In this document: piece by piece, positions 40,084-53,353 of the stretch
Layout of the letters: each line of letters opens with the position of its first letter
Position numbering within the stretch: the stretch's first letter is position 1
NCBI GenBank assembly: GCA_951406725.2
Contig: OX597820.1
Location: 122,450,001-122,514,000, forward strand
DNA: 64,000 bases
Direction: 5' to 3'
Source: Octopus vulgaris
Taxonomy: Eukaryota
Program-made: the position numbers and the translations under genes
Notes under the pieces: generated by a model
The model's input: only the letters and a program-made list of their open reading frames with translations
The model's database searches: none
Told to the model about the DNA's origin: nothing

Positions 40084-40473
40084 GAATATAACCAGTTTCC
40101 ATGTATCCATCTTATCAAACACTGAAGAGAATTTTGGTGGGGTTTAGCAGTTTGTACTTACTTTTAAGTTCTTAATGAAACTCACTTTAAAATCATTCTC
40201 TTATATATATATGTTCTACCACGTAGGTTTGGGGTGGGGTTTGGGAGTTCAAGTTTCAGGAATTCTATTGAAAAGAAGTCTTTTGAACTGGACAGGAAGC
40301 TTTTATTCAGATTGTGGCCAGCTGTGTGTGTGTGTATGTGTGTGTGTGTTTGGAATATATTGTCAAAACAGTTTTTCTTTTTCTATTGAGAGAATATGGT
40401 TTAGTGGTTAAGTGTTTTTTAAGGATGGTCATTTGAAGAATTTCTGAGGAATTATTTTCCATTTACTTTGTTT

Positions 40474-40532
<59 letters not shown>

Positions 40533-41016
40533 GTTTTGTCTGCATGGGTGAGTATGTGTTTGTTTGCTTTTCGTATGTGTGCGTTAGTGTGTGTGTGTGC
40601 ATATGTGTGTGTGTAACAGATCCTTATTTGTTGATTGATAGTGGGTGTTTAGATATTTAGCTGTGGTATAAATTTGTTAAAGAGCTTGGTGTGTGTGTGT
40701 GTGTGTTGTTTTGTCTGAATGTGTGTGTTTTTGTTGTTTTGTTTTTTGGAAACGTTCTAGAATTTGTGGTATGTGGGTTTATGTTGTGTGTATGAGAATG
40801 TTTTGCCTGCATGTGTTATTGTGGTGTGCATTAACCCCTAATTTTTTCTTTTTGAATTTCACAAAAATTCTTTTTAATATTTGATAAGATGGATATATTG
40901 AAACTGGTTATATTCTAAATCACTTTTTGTAGCAAAAATACTAAACTTTCTCTAAAATATACTTCTGTGCATTTTCCAACTTTATTTGCTTTTCTAACTT
41001 TAGATATATCCATATA

Positions 41017-41385
41017 TCATCATCATCATCATTTAACGTCCCTTTTCCGTGCTGGCATGGAGCTGCACCAGGTTCCATTCTGATTTGGCATGGTTTCTAC
41101 AGCTGGGTGCCTTTCCTAATGCCAAGCACTCCAAAAGTACAGTAGGTGCTTTTTACATGCCACCAGCACGGGTACCATTGATGTGACACCAGCTTCAGCC
41201 ATGGCTATACGATCCCACTTGTCTAGACAGATCTTCTGGAGCACAGCACGGTATATCGGCAAAGGTCTCAGTCACCCGTCACTGCCTCCATGAGGTCCAA
41301 TGCTTGAATGGTACTTTTTACATGCTATAAGCATGGCTGCCAGTCAGACGGCACTTGTCATTGCCTCCATGAGGCCCAACATGCC
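41017..41385 (-). mobile_element. Family B sequence contiguous with the RTE fragment
   Basis: (cat)n tail and family B core, followed by segments encoding LDLMEAVT and LGLMEAMT on the minus strand. Confidence 0.8.
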
Positions 41386-41870
41386 CACCTCATCTCATGT
41401 CTTTCTGGGTCTGCCTCTTCTGCAGGTTCCCTTCACTGTTAGAGATCGACACTTCTTTACACAGCTGTCCTTGTCCATATGCATTACCCGACCATACCAG
41501 AGCAGTTCTCTCTCTTGCATACCACATCTGATGCCTCTCATGCACAAACTTTCTCTCAGGACGTTTACGCTTTATTCTGCATGTACACTGACATTACACA
41601 TCCAGCAAAGCATAGTAGCGTCATTTCTTGCAAGCCTATATATGTCCTCTGTCATCACAGCCCATGTTTCACTGCCATGTAGCATGGCTGTTCAAACACA
41701 GGCATCATACAGTCTGCCTTTCACTCTCAGGGAGAGACCCTTTGTTACTAATAGAGGTAGGAGAACTCTGAACTTTGGCTCATCTTATTTTTATCCTCAT
41801 AGCTACGCTCTTGGAGCATCTGCCTCCACTACTCTCTTCGTCACCTAAGTAATGGAAGTTATCAATTACT
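41385..41870 (-). pseudogene. RTE-clade LINE, C-terminal ORF fragment
   Basis: VIDNFHYLGD...SSGG, KGLSLRVKGRLYDACV*TAMLHGSETWAV, and LWYGRVMHMDKDSCVKKC...RGRPRKT*DE are typical RTE post-RT motifs. Confidence 0.9.
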
Positions 41871-42720
41871 TATAGTTGTTTCTCCAGGTATTACCATCTA
41901 AAAGCAATGACTTCCTAGCATTCATTGGAATAGTTATTTTGATGCTTGTGACTCCAGTAAACTTGAGTGCCTTGTCTGGCACCTGTGCGGGTGGCACGTA
42001 AAAAGCACCCACTACACTCACGGAGTGGTTGGCGTTAGGAAGGGCATCCAGCCGTAGAAACACTGCCAGATTTGACTGGGCCTGATGAAGCCTTCTGGCT
42101 TCACAGACCCCAGTTGAACCGTCCAACCCATGCTAGCATGGAAAACGGACGCTAAACGATGATGATGATGATGAAGTACAAGGTGTAAAGCATCGTTATG
42201 TCGAACTGGATGAATTTGTATTTGGTAGCATCTTTAATTTCTTGGAATCATTCAATGGTTGCACTGATACGTATCCTTGGAATAAGGTTTCAAAGAGTTC
42301 TGATGTGTTGTATCGTATTATCTGGTATAGATTTTCTAGTCATAACTATTTCCCTTTTTGTAGAGTTGATCAATGTAAGATAGGATTTTGCATGAAATTA
42401 TCTTTATGATCCTTAAGGGTCACTTAAGGTCTTCATGAGATATGTCGTTCTGCCCTATCTTTGATGTAAAATCCATGGCCAAAAATGTTTTTGCCTCATT
42501 GTTGATTAAATCATAAGTCATAGAGTTTTTTTGTTTTTTTTTTAATGTTTTAGTTATGTTATCAATTTGCAATTTATTATGTGTGCAATTATCTTCATCA
42601 TGTGTACTGTTTGTTTTATCTGATTTTATTACTGTGCTTAGAGAGTTATTAAAAAAATTCAAAGAATACATGTAACTTATGTTGGAAGCAGTTGGATCTA
42701 GGGTTGAAATTAAACATTTT
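41870..42720 (-). pseudogene. Penelope-like reverse transcriptase fragment, interrupted by a SINE
   Basis: LKDHKDNFMQNP..LIN...KYKFIQFDITMLY (to about 42180) continues past the SINE as DKALKF...MNARKSLLLDG..W, matching PLE RT (TLKDHK.NF..NP..RLINP; FIQFDI..FYPSI; ARKSLLF). Confidence 0.8.
41976..42175 (+). mobile_element. SINE family B, young-looking 3' part
   Basis: CpG-rich ggtggcacgtaaaaagcacccactac...ggaaaacggacgctaaacgatgatgatg. Confidence 0.9.
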
Positions 42721-43313
42721 TAATTATACATACAATATGCATTGCAGACCTATATCACAAGGAACTCATACAGCACTTCTTCACTATTTAAATACATATG
42801 CATAACATATATAGTCATGACACCATACAATTTACAACAATATCTGTATATGAACTCACAAATTATCCAATGAACTTACAAATGGAACACATTTAGTCTC
42901 CTCCGAAACAGAGATGATTACTAACATTCCCAAGTGGATCACTTGAGAACGATTGTTCAGATCTTCTATACATGAAACCATTGGCTGCCTTATTAATTTG
43001 CAAATGCAGCATATATATGTATATATATAAAATTAACAGAATGAGATAAAGATCCAAGGCTGTGAAAGATTTCAGAACATTTGTAAAGAGAAGGTTAATT
43101 TTTTATATATACACATGCTGATATATGACCTACGTTGGACTCCTCATTCGCATAATCACCGAACCTGGAGCTTAACTATGGTCTGTCCATAGCACTTTCT
43201 CAGCATTACCTGACACCTTTGGCTCTTATTGACACCATTACCTCTCATAACCGCAATATATATATATATATATATATACACTTTATTTAAAGCAGAAGAA
43301 AATTCAACAAAGC

Positions 43314-43351
43314 CTGTTACTCTGAGTTTCCCGTTGCCGTTCATCGGACAG
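43314..43351 (-). ncRNA. Minimal type I hammerhead motif (U4C variant) closing a long hairpin (43281-43384)
   Basis: CUGU-CCGAUGA-ACG(GCAA)CGG-GAAA-CUC(A)GAG-UA-ACAG: near-palindromic stem III and GUA site. Stem I is extended by about 30 bp of inverted repeat. Confidence 0.7.
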
Positions 43352-43535
43352 TTTTTGTTGAATTTTCTGCTGCTTTAAATAAAGCATATTACTCTACCAC
43401 TGGTAGTTGAGTACTCTTTTTTCCACCTTGTTTCACATTTATGTGTTTACTCCAGTATATATATATATATATTGGAGTTATGGAAATGTACTTGCATAGT
43501 AAGTGACTTGATTGAGATCATGTGCTGAAACAAAA

Positions 43536-43749
43536 ACAGTTGCTGCATGGAAGATGTCTGTAAGCCATTTAAGAACACACAAAAGCCATTAGTTTCACAT
43601 CAACATTCAAATTTAATTTGTGTCAAAATATTTTTGTCGCTTTGAAACCACAACCTGTTCACTGACAAAACTTTGTGCAGTTCAAAGTGAAACTAATGGT
43701 CTATGTGTGTTCTTAAACGGCTTACAAACATCTTCCATGCTGCAATTGT
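43536..43749. repeat. 63-bp imperfect inverted repeats enclosing a hammerhead-like motif
   Basis: Arms 43536-43598 and 43687-43749. Confidence 0.85.
43621..43667 (-). ncRNA. Hammerhead-like motif with G3:C8 swap, probably inactivated (G12A)
   Basis: UGUCA-GUGAACA-G-GUUGU(GGUUUCAAA)GCGAC-AAAA-AUAU-UU-UGACA: 5-bp stem I, stem II with two GU pairs, palindromic AAUAUU stem III. Confidence 0.55.
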
Positions 43750-44041
43750 ATATAGCGGAGCCTATAGAGTAAATAACCAAGTGGATATGCCGTCATGCAT
43801 ATTGACAGTTCATCTCTTTTGTGTTCTTATCCCGTGTGAATTTCTTTCTCATATTCTCAGTTCTACCAGATCTGAAAATCTGACATCTTGTGATGGCACA
43901 TCATCCTATCCAGGGGCTCAGTAAATTCTTAGCTTTCATATACACAAACGGGTGTACATTCATTTTTTCAGATGCATATGTGTTTTTATGTGTATACACA
44001 CACATACACACACAAACTCACACACACATACACACGCACAC

Positions 44042-44078
<37 letters not shown>

Positions 44079-44733
44079 CTCTCTCTCTCTCTACCCTGTG
44101 GCAGAATTTGACTTTTGGTGATTCTAATGACATATTTAGTAAACAAACCATTTGCAATAAATCTTAATTGAGAATGTAAACATGAAAATGAGCAAGCATC
44201 AATGTTGTTATTCTTAAAAATGGCTTGAGTGAGCCAACTGCATCTTTCAAGATGATTTTATGCTTTCAAAGTTTTGGAATGTTTTGTTTCCTTTTTTGAG
44301 ATTTTAATCAATCACAGTTGTTCAATATTTGTTAGATTTAGAATCGGGTTATCAAACCAATTCACTCCCTCTATGTTTGCTATCCAATAAATTCTTTCTA
44401 GCTAACTTTTGTTATTCTGATTTAAATAGTTATGTGGGGTTCATTAAAGAATTACAAAATGTCTCAATATTTCCAAGTGACACTAAACACTCATTGTATT
44501 CTGATATTTAATAACACCCAAATCCATTCTGTAATGAAATTGTTGCTCTGGTTGTTAAGATACATGGCCTAAAAGTGGTATTTGCCTCCTGTCAGTTTTA
44601 TGTTTAAATTAATGCAAATATTGTAAAAAGAAATTGCTGTGTATATATCAATAGAATCCATTCTCATATAACAACGAATATGTCATTCCTAAAACACAAT
44701 TTTCTTTGTGAATTCATGTCAGCTGCCAGTTCA

Positions 44734-44790
44734 GTTTTCCTGTCCACTGAAAACATTAGGTTTTCCTGTCCACTGAAAACATCAGGTTTT
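44734..44790. repeat. Short tandem duplication
   Basis: gttttcctgtccactgaaaacat twice in tandem. Confidence 0.9.
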
Positions 44791-46869
44791 CTTATGTAGT
44801 TAGGTAGTAATTCCTGGTATCATTTTATGGAGAAACTTTCTTTTTAATACTATTAATTAATAATTATCTGCAATTTTATTTAAATTAGGATCTTTTTTTT
44901 TAGCTTAGGTTCTCTGCATCATCTCCATCTAATAGGTCCCTTGATATTTGACATCAAAACAATAGTAATAGAATGTATTAGATCAGGGTTTGCTTCACCT
45001 CACTTTCCTTCCTAAGACCTCCACTGCTAATAAGCTGCAAATGGCAAACAATAATTTCACTCTACGCTGATCCTTATTCAATTTTTGGAGTCTATCAGAG
45101 CTTTTGGGGTATCCAAGAAATATGTTTGGTTAAAATGATATCATTGTCTTTGTTATGTCGTTGAAACTACATATTTGCAGTGGTAACCCATAACAACCAC
45201 ACAAGTATTTCCATCACACATTTACAGTTTCTTGTTGATTCATGTAACATTTACTGTCATCTTCCTTTACTTATTTTTATGTGATTTGATCCTAGCTTTT
45301 CTGTTCCAGAATGCCATAACACCTATGTCACATGTCATAACTCATATCTCATAATCTCATCATTTTTTTTATAGGTAAATCCATTGAACATCCTTTCTAA
45401 GGATTTCTTCCTTTAAGTATTTTTTTTTTTAATGTTGTCATAGTCACACTTAGAAAGGGTTTTGTTTTTTAGATAACAATTTTTAATTAACTTTAAACAA
45501 TATTGAATAAGTGCTTATGTTAATTAAACCAATCACTGAAATTATTAAAGAGATTGGAACCAGTATTCTGTATGCTTAACCATTATATATATATATATTT
45601 ATTATTTATATATTTTATCTATTATTTATATATTATTTATGTATCTATTTATGTATGACAAATTGAATTTCCTTGCTTTCTCTTTTGAAGTAATAATAAT
45701 TATCATGAATAACTTAGTTCTACACAATTTGCTATGGAATATGCTGGAAATATTTTCAAGCATTCTGTGAGGATATTTGCACAAATACTGACATCTTAGA
45801 GGAGACAGGTTGGCAGACTTTTACAATGAAGTCTGTCATTTTCAGGCCTTTGTATGTATGTTTCAATAAGTCTGAAAAGAAACGGTTTTAGGGGATACCA
45901 ATATTTTCCCAACTAGGCACCCACCATCAGATATCTGTAAGACTGGCTATCATCTATAAGAAGGTTTGGATTTACTCCTTTAGCAACTAAATTGTGCATA
46001 CATGGACCCTATAGCTAGTCACACCCCTTTCTGTCAAGGTATGAGGAGCATGGCATTATTCATCCCCTACCAATTACTTTCTTAGGTCAGTGGGGCACAT
46101 ACTCCCCCCCGGCCCTTATTTCATACAACTGTTTCTCTCCACTTAGTTCTCTCTTCATACCTCAAGAACACCTGACCAAATCTGTCAGTCCTACTTTCAC
46201 TTTTACTATGCCTCACCACTCCCACTTCCTCCCTTTGTCGTCTCTTCCATATGATTTGTTCATTAACTCATCTCTTCCTGATATGTTCGTCCCTCCTTCT
46301 CATCTCTCCTCCTGGCCCTAGCAACCTATCTAGGAGAGTAGAAACCCCTATGAAACTATTTTCACAAGGTAGACATGGAATTTGCACCCTGTCTGCAAGA
46401 GCAACCACTCTGAATAAAATCTGTGAAAATGACTTATTAGCCATTGATGATAACCTCTATAGTACTTGTGATAGCCCCCCAAAAAGTATGGACCCACACT
46501 GCAAAGTGGTTGGTGATAGGAAGGCCATCCAGCATGTTAAACAAAATCCTGCAATGCTGTAACTCGACAATAAACCTTGATTGTGTACAGCAGACTAACA
46601 CTTGGTGTGCTAGTGGTGGTACATGATAGTGGAGTGTCTAAATGGAAGCATCTGTTTATAAGAGCCCTCAAATGACATCAAACAATTACCCATGCCCTTT
46701 CAGGAGCAAGAAAGATGCTTCAAGCATCAACCCTCCCACCATGAGTAATAGTTTACTTGTATCAGGTAAAAAGTGTCGGAACTGCAACCATTAATGTAGG
46801 TCTAGTGAGATGAAAAGGGAATGCTTGAGTAGAGGTGACTCAATGATGTTGATGATGATGATGATATAT

Positions 46870-46900
<31 letters not shown>

Positions 46901-48014
46901 ATATCAGATATATGAAATCCCAACATACAGTGAAACCTAGTGAATTAATCCAGTGACCAGTGAAGGACCTGATGAACTTACATCAATAACAAACTTTGTG
47001 ACCTTTGTCTAGATCCAATTAGCTATTTGACCTTTATAATCTCTTAACCCTAAAATGTAATAAAAGATATTGGTAACAAAGCTAAACCCAGACCTTTAGC
47101 AGATATTGGAAGAACCCTATCATAAAAATGAAGAACATAAAATTATGTAAAAAAAAAAAAAAAAAACCAATGTGGATGTACAAAAGCCGAAGCATAGTAG
47201 CAGCTACAGAAATATCAATAACAACAAAGAAATCCCATAATTAATTATTACTAATGAACATCATTGAATCCGCAAGTTTCATCAATGTCACAATCTACTT
47301 GAATATTGTTTGGGGAATTACTAGGCATAGCAACAAAGTCTCACACAGACTTTTGATAAAATAGATACTCCACATCATGGGAAGTAGTACATACCTTTGC
47401 CAGCCAACAACTAAGTAAGCATATATAATCACCCAGTTGTAAAAGCTCTAACCTAAAGCTCTGCTGTGTTAAATGAAATTAGAAAGGAGGAAAAACAAAA
47501 ATTATAAAAACAAAAATGGAAAAATTTTGCAGTGCTCTTCAGACTGATCTAATATTGACTATTCAATAGAAAGAAAATGAAAAACAGACATGAAAGTAAT
47601 TTTAATTAAATGTTGAATCAGTGAACAAATTAAAATTATAATTAATGTAAAGAAAATTCTATTAGACACAATTAGACCAGCCAGCTTAATACATGTATTA
47701 CATGCAGAAGGGAGACCAGTACAGTTGCTGACCTCTCTTTTAAACAATGTAGATCTAAAGATCAAGTGGAACTAAAAGAGAAACTTAGATAATGGCAAAC
47801 AACATAGAAACCATTAATGAGTCTAAACTTTGGAAGATTTCCACTTGCAACTAACATTTCCTGGTGATAAACATTGTTTGAAGAGTTTAACCAATATATT
47901 AAATACTACTCGGCAATCTAAACGTTTTTGTTGGACGCTCGAAATAATCCTGTATTCTTCCAATAAAACAAAAGTTTTCCCAAGCAACAATTCAAGTCCT
48001 TAATGATTTATTGT

Positions 48015-48405
48015 TTTATTCTTCTACTTGTTTCAGTCTTTTGACTGCAGCCATACTGGAGCACCACCTTGAAGGGTTTTAGTCGAATTAATTGACCCCA
48101 GGACTTCTTTCTTAAGCCTAGTATTAGTCTATTTTGTCAAACTGCTAAGTTATGGGAACATAAAAACACCATCACCAAATGTCAAGCAGTGATGGGTGGA
48201 CAAGCACAGACTCAGACACATGCCTACAGACACACACACACATATATACGATAGGCTTCTTTCAGTTTCCATCAGTCAGATGCACTCACAAGGCTTTGTT
48301 CAGCCTGAGGCTATAGTAGATGAGACTTGCCCAAGGTTCCACATAGTTGAAGTGAGCCCAGAACCATGTGGTCAGGATGCAAGCTTCTTATCAGCCATAC
48401 CTGCC
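48015..48405 (-). mobile_element. SINE family A, near full length, diverged
   Basis: tacttgtttcagtcttttgactgcagccatactggagcacc...ggctatagtaga...gaaccatgtgg, collinear with 12221-12634. Confidence 0.88.
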
Positions 48406-49449
48406 TCTGAACTTATTGACTTTGCAGGATAATATAAATCAGATAATAAGGGGTTACATTTACCACCCACAGGAATGCCTTTGACTTGCTTAAAAGCCTT
48501 ATCTGTGACTTTAAATCATCTTTTTCACATTCACATTTGTCCATCTAACATTACCTTTACAATTTACCCAGGAGAGGTCTTTACTCTTCTTCATGAAACT
48601 TTTTTTCCCATATACTCATATCTACAGTTTTAGATATCTATTCTTTCACTTTTCTCATTTCTAAATTTGAATACAGTGTGGAAAAATCATATGCATGTAT
48701 AATGTGAACCCTTATAACACTCCAAAGTTTATCCAAAAGTTCCCCACCAAATCAGATGCACTATGATAGAATTACGCCTAAATCACCATAAATTTCCCTG
48801 CCATATTTTGTGAAAGCTGAAAGATGGCCTTTCCCCAGTCAATGTTCTCTTAACAAAAATTGCTTTCTCTTTATATATACTTAGTGGCCCCTGCCCTGAA
48901 TCTTCTTTACAAAGCACCTTATACAATTTTGGAATCTCTTCAACCTTAGTTATTAACTTTCTGAGTTGCTCATTAATATTTCATGTGTGTGTGTGTGATC
49001 ATCACTTTGAATCTGTTTTCTTTTCTGGTAGGGGTCATGGGTTATACAGTTGGAAGACCACATCTTACTCCAGTATCTCAATTTTGGCTTCCCTTCTATG
49101 ACTAGATGCCCTTCCTAATGCCAACCACTTTAGAGTATACCAGGTGTCCGGCACCATAGAAGTTGTCTTGCACTTGACAAGACTGAGGAGTCATCTTGAA
49201 AACTGCATTATTTCTGCCTGATTCACCAACATTCTTACAAAATGTAGTGAGCACTTTTTCCTACAACCAGCTCTGGTGAAGTCACTGTGTAAGTGACAGA
49301 GTCAAAGGGCTTCCACCACTGGAAGAGAGGATAGGAAAGAAAATAAGGACTTTAAGTGGTATGTTGGGAGAATATGACTTGAAGTAGAGTGTTTCTACCG
49401 GATTCACTGATGAGTATTAACTGAACAGTCTATTCATATGCACCCTTAA

Positions 49450-49671
49450 CCCTTTTGTTACCAACCCGGCTGAAACCGGCTCTGGCTTTGAGTACAAATG
49501 TCTTGTTTTCATAAGTCTTGAATTAAAATCTTCCACCAAACCTTAGTCACAATTTATGTTCCTAACACTAGCTGAATGATAACTAAGTTGTTTTATACTA
49601 AATTCTTTGTTATATTTAAAGTAACTGAAAGAAACGCAGAGCATCTCAACAGAAATACAGTAATGAAAGGG
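49450..49671 (+). mobile_element. Complete 222-bp piggyBac-type MITE
   Basis: TTAA at 49446-49449 and 49672-49675. Termini cccttttgttac / gtaatgaaaggg. No coding capacity. Partial copies at 4629 and 34093. Confidence 0.9.
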
Positions 49672-52600
49672 TTAAAGTTAATTGTTAGGCAGAATCAATA
49701 TGGTGCAGCATAGCTTTCCTGCATCCATGTATGCATATGCATGCACAATTAAGATCACACATTAATGTTTTGGTACATGTATCAGTTTTAACATTTTTCA
49801 GGGGCCATACAACTCATTTGCTTATAAACTAATGTCGCAATTTTGGAACATTCTTCTTTGTCACTCTCTCTCTCCCTCTCTCCCCTTAAACACCCACACA
49901 CACACAACACTCCTTTCCCTTATACTTGTCTATGAACTTGTTTTATAATTACTTGATTCATCAATTTGGTTGAAGTTGGACAATTTCTGGTGGAATACTA
50001 AAAACCAACACAATGTCCTGGCTGTTTTTTTTCTTTTCTTTTGAAAATTTAACTTCCATATTTTTTTTAAAATCACAAATACAATTAAAGTCATCTTTCT
50101 TCCTGAGTACATAACTCAGTATATTTGATTAATGTATTATTTTATTTTATAAAATGTTTTTTTGTCCCCTTAAGGCTACAAGCCTAATTTAGAAATTATA
50201 TTATTGTTATTATTATTATTATCATTATGAAAAACAAGAAACCAATGTTTGTGATAATTGTATTTTTTGCTTTCATCACTCATATATTTTATTTTCATAC
50301 ATATGAAGAAGAGAAAGCTATGAACTTCCCTCTAATATTGTAAACCTTTTATAATATGCAGAGTTTTACGAAGACTTTGGAATCACATCTCCTGAATCCT
50401 TGACATTTGGTTGTAAATTCTCAATCCTAAATGTTTGGTGAAAACTTTATATTAACATTCCTATGCTCACATATAAACATTTATAGCTTTTTTTCTTTTA
50501 TATTATCTCTTACATCTTTGTTTACTTGTACAATTTCTGAGACTTTTTAAGTTAATATATCTATCTACGCACATACACACACACGCACACACAAGTTAAC
50601 TTATATTCCAAACCGAAAATGTACATAGAGTGTCTGATTTATCTGCCCTTCTTTTCTTTTTGCAGCTACTGAAATGCATATATTATGTTAATTATTCCTT
50701 ATTACTTCTGACATTTTTATTGCTACCAAACATGGATTTCTAAGTAGAATGGAATCTTTTAAAACCATTTCAAACAGATTCTGCTCTAAAGTTTTTGTTT
50801 TTCAATGGTGACCTATTTGAGAACATTCTGAAATTTTCATGAATTGGTCACATCACATGGAAAAATAAATACTTATTAAGAAGTATCAGAATCAATTTTG
50901 ATATTGTTTTCTCAATAAGTTACAAGACATTTTAAAATAGTGTAGATTTGCTTTCCGTCGTTTTAAAAATAGACAGCAAGAAACTGTATAGCATTATTAT
51001 TACTATATACTAGTACTATTATACTAGTACAAAGTGTGGATGACCATAAATTCCATCAATGCAAATTTCCTTTGAAAAAGCTATTGAAGATTAGCAAGAA
51101 GTGCCATGACTTTTAGACAATTGGTTTCATGGTTTGAAGAACTCACACAAAACCAAACCATATCATTAAAAATAAAAATTTTAATCACAGTGTTTTTGAA
51201 ATTGTCCATCAATATGAACCACACAGCTTTTGTTAACACATAAAAAGAGTGAAAAAAAAAAAACATAGCTAAAGAACTTATCCTCAAAGTTCATCTTTTG
51301 TTCTTCTGACAACTTTCAAAGAATTTTATTTACACCCTTTCTCATTTGTTCTACGTTTTAAAGAATACCCTAACCAGCATTGGAATATCCTGAATGTGCA
51401 AATTATGTCTAAATTAAATATTATCTTCAAAGATTTCTAATCTCTCTCTTTGTATTCTAGTTTTGAGGCTGTCTCCATTTCTCAGGTACTCCACATAGTC
51501 GATGGAATGCAGCAGAGCTAGAGTGTCATTTTATGACAACAACAGTCTTATTTAGCCAGCTGAAACATAATTGGATGTTGATTTTCATAGAAACTGCTCT
51601 GGAAAATTTATTGTTAATGTTCTTCTCAAGTTATCTTGTTCTGAAGTAAACCTACACAGATCCTCATTTATATTTCTGAAGATGACGTCTCAAAGGTTTC
51701 CGCTTCATTGAAACCAACTCCTATTTCTAGTCATTTTATGGAGTCTTATTTCAATATTCATATCCAGAGACGGTTCAGCCGTATGTATTGTGAAAGCAGA
51801 ACAAAACTGAGTTAATCAGCCTTACTCAAAGCATATGCAGTAAATGGCTGAGCAACATGGTGTTGAACCTTTATTTGGAGTTCAAATCTAATGCAAACAT
51901 TTAATTATGAACCTGGATATTACATTTAATTTTATATGCTTTACTTTTCCTTTGCTGTTGAGATAAGCTACCAGATCTTTCAAGAATTTGGACTCATTCA
52001 TATACACTGGCATCCAATACCAGAATGCTATATATTTCTCCCATGATCGACTGATTGACCAATAAGTGTGCGATTACTGAGAATTAGAAATCATCAAGTA
52101 ACAAAATGTTCAGCATAATTTGTTTTGTAATTTTATTGATGTTTTTGGCAGCAATAAAAAGAAAAAAATGAGAGCAAAAGAAAGACTAAATGCGTGGCAA
52201 GAAATTTCGAAAAACGGGTGTGAAATATTAGACACTCTATGTATAAATGTAGGTTACAGCCACATTACAACCATCTTGTCCTTTATCACCTTTTGCAATG
52301 CAGATGTGTTAGTTGTCACCTTTTGACAAGAAAGATATAATTGAATAAACATACACAACTTTTCTCTCTTTCTCTCACACACACACATACATTCAAATAT
52401 TCACAACAACATGCATTGAACAAAACTGAAAATGTATTTTAGCTTTTCCTATATTAATATACAAAATATGAACATAGACATTTCTTTTTCTTTTTTTTTA
52501 TATTTATATATATATATACAATGAGTGGATTTAAAGTGTTGGTAAGACAGAAGCTTAAATAACAGCACTAAAATAGGAATTAGCAGAAAAGGTAGAAAGC

Positions 52601-52763
52601 CTCAAACTAATCAATTAAATAAATAAGATGAATGAGTACAAAGATATCAGCCGTAAACGAAGTTTGGTTTTACCACAAGAGGAAATTAAGAGAGAAGTTA
52701 GGTTTAGAAATGAGCATAAACGAGAAAATGGAGACAAACACGCAACAGACACATGCTTGCACA

Positions 52764-52802
<39 letters not shown>

Positions 52803-53318
52803 CTCTCTATATATGTCTGTGCATATAGATCTCCACACACACACACACACATTTATATTAAGAATAGAAAAGCAAAAAAGACAATCTGAAGCAACTCAAC
52901 CAAGCAAAGAAGCAAGCATTCAGGCAAACAACGAACGAACCAAAACAGACAACAAATAAAATAAAAAAATTAAAAAAACCCACTTCAAGTAAATAAATAT
53001 TATAAAACAAGAACGAAAGAAAACAAGAATAAAAACGTTCTATTTCCTTCTTTTCTTAATGTTTCAGTATTCAAAGAGGACACGATGTTAAGCGCAGGGA
53101 TTGATCGTAAGCAGTTTGATATTAATCGTGTTATTTTTATTATTTTTTTTTGTTAACTACTTTTTTTTTTCCAAAACTAACAATCTTTCCTATATCTAGA
53201 TGCAAAATATTATATATATATCTATATATATATCTATCTATATATATGCATATACATATATATATATATACTTTTTTTTTTGTTTTGCAACAATATAGAG
53301 CTGTTTCATTTCTATTAT

Positions 53319-53353
<35 letters not shown>

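Noticed and set aside
41300-41848. 182-aa plus-strand ORF
   Set aside because: It is the antisense frame of the RTE LINE fragment on the minus strand.
47040-47990. Possible further Penelope-like remnants (also 25280-26170 and 34590-35170)
   Set aside because: Composition is suggestive, but I could not read a diagnostic motif with confidence.
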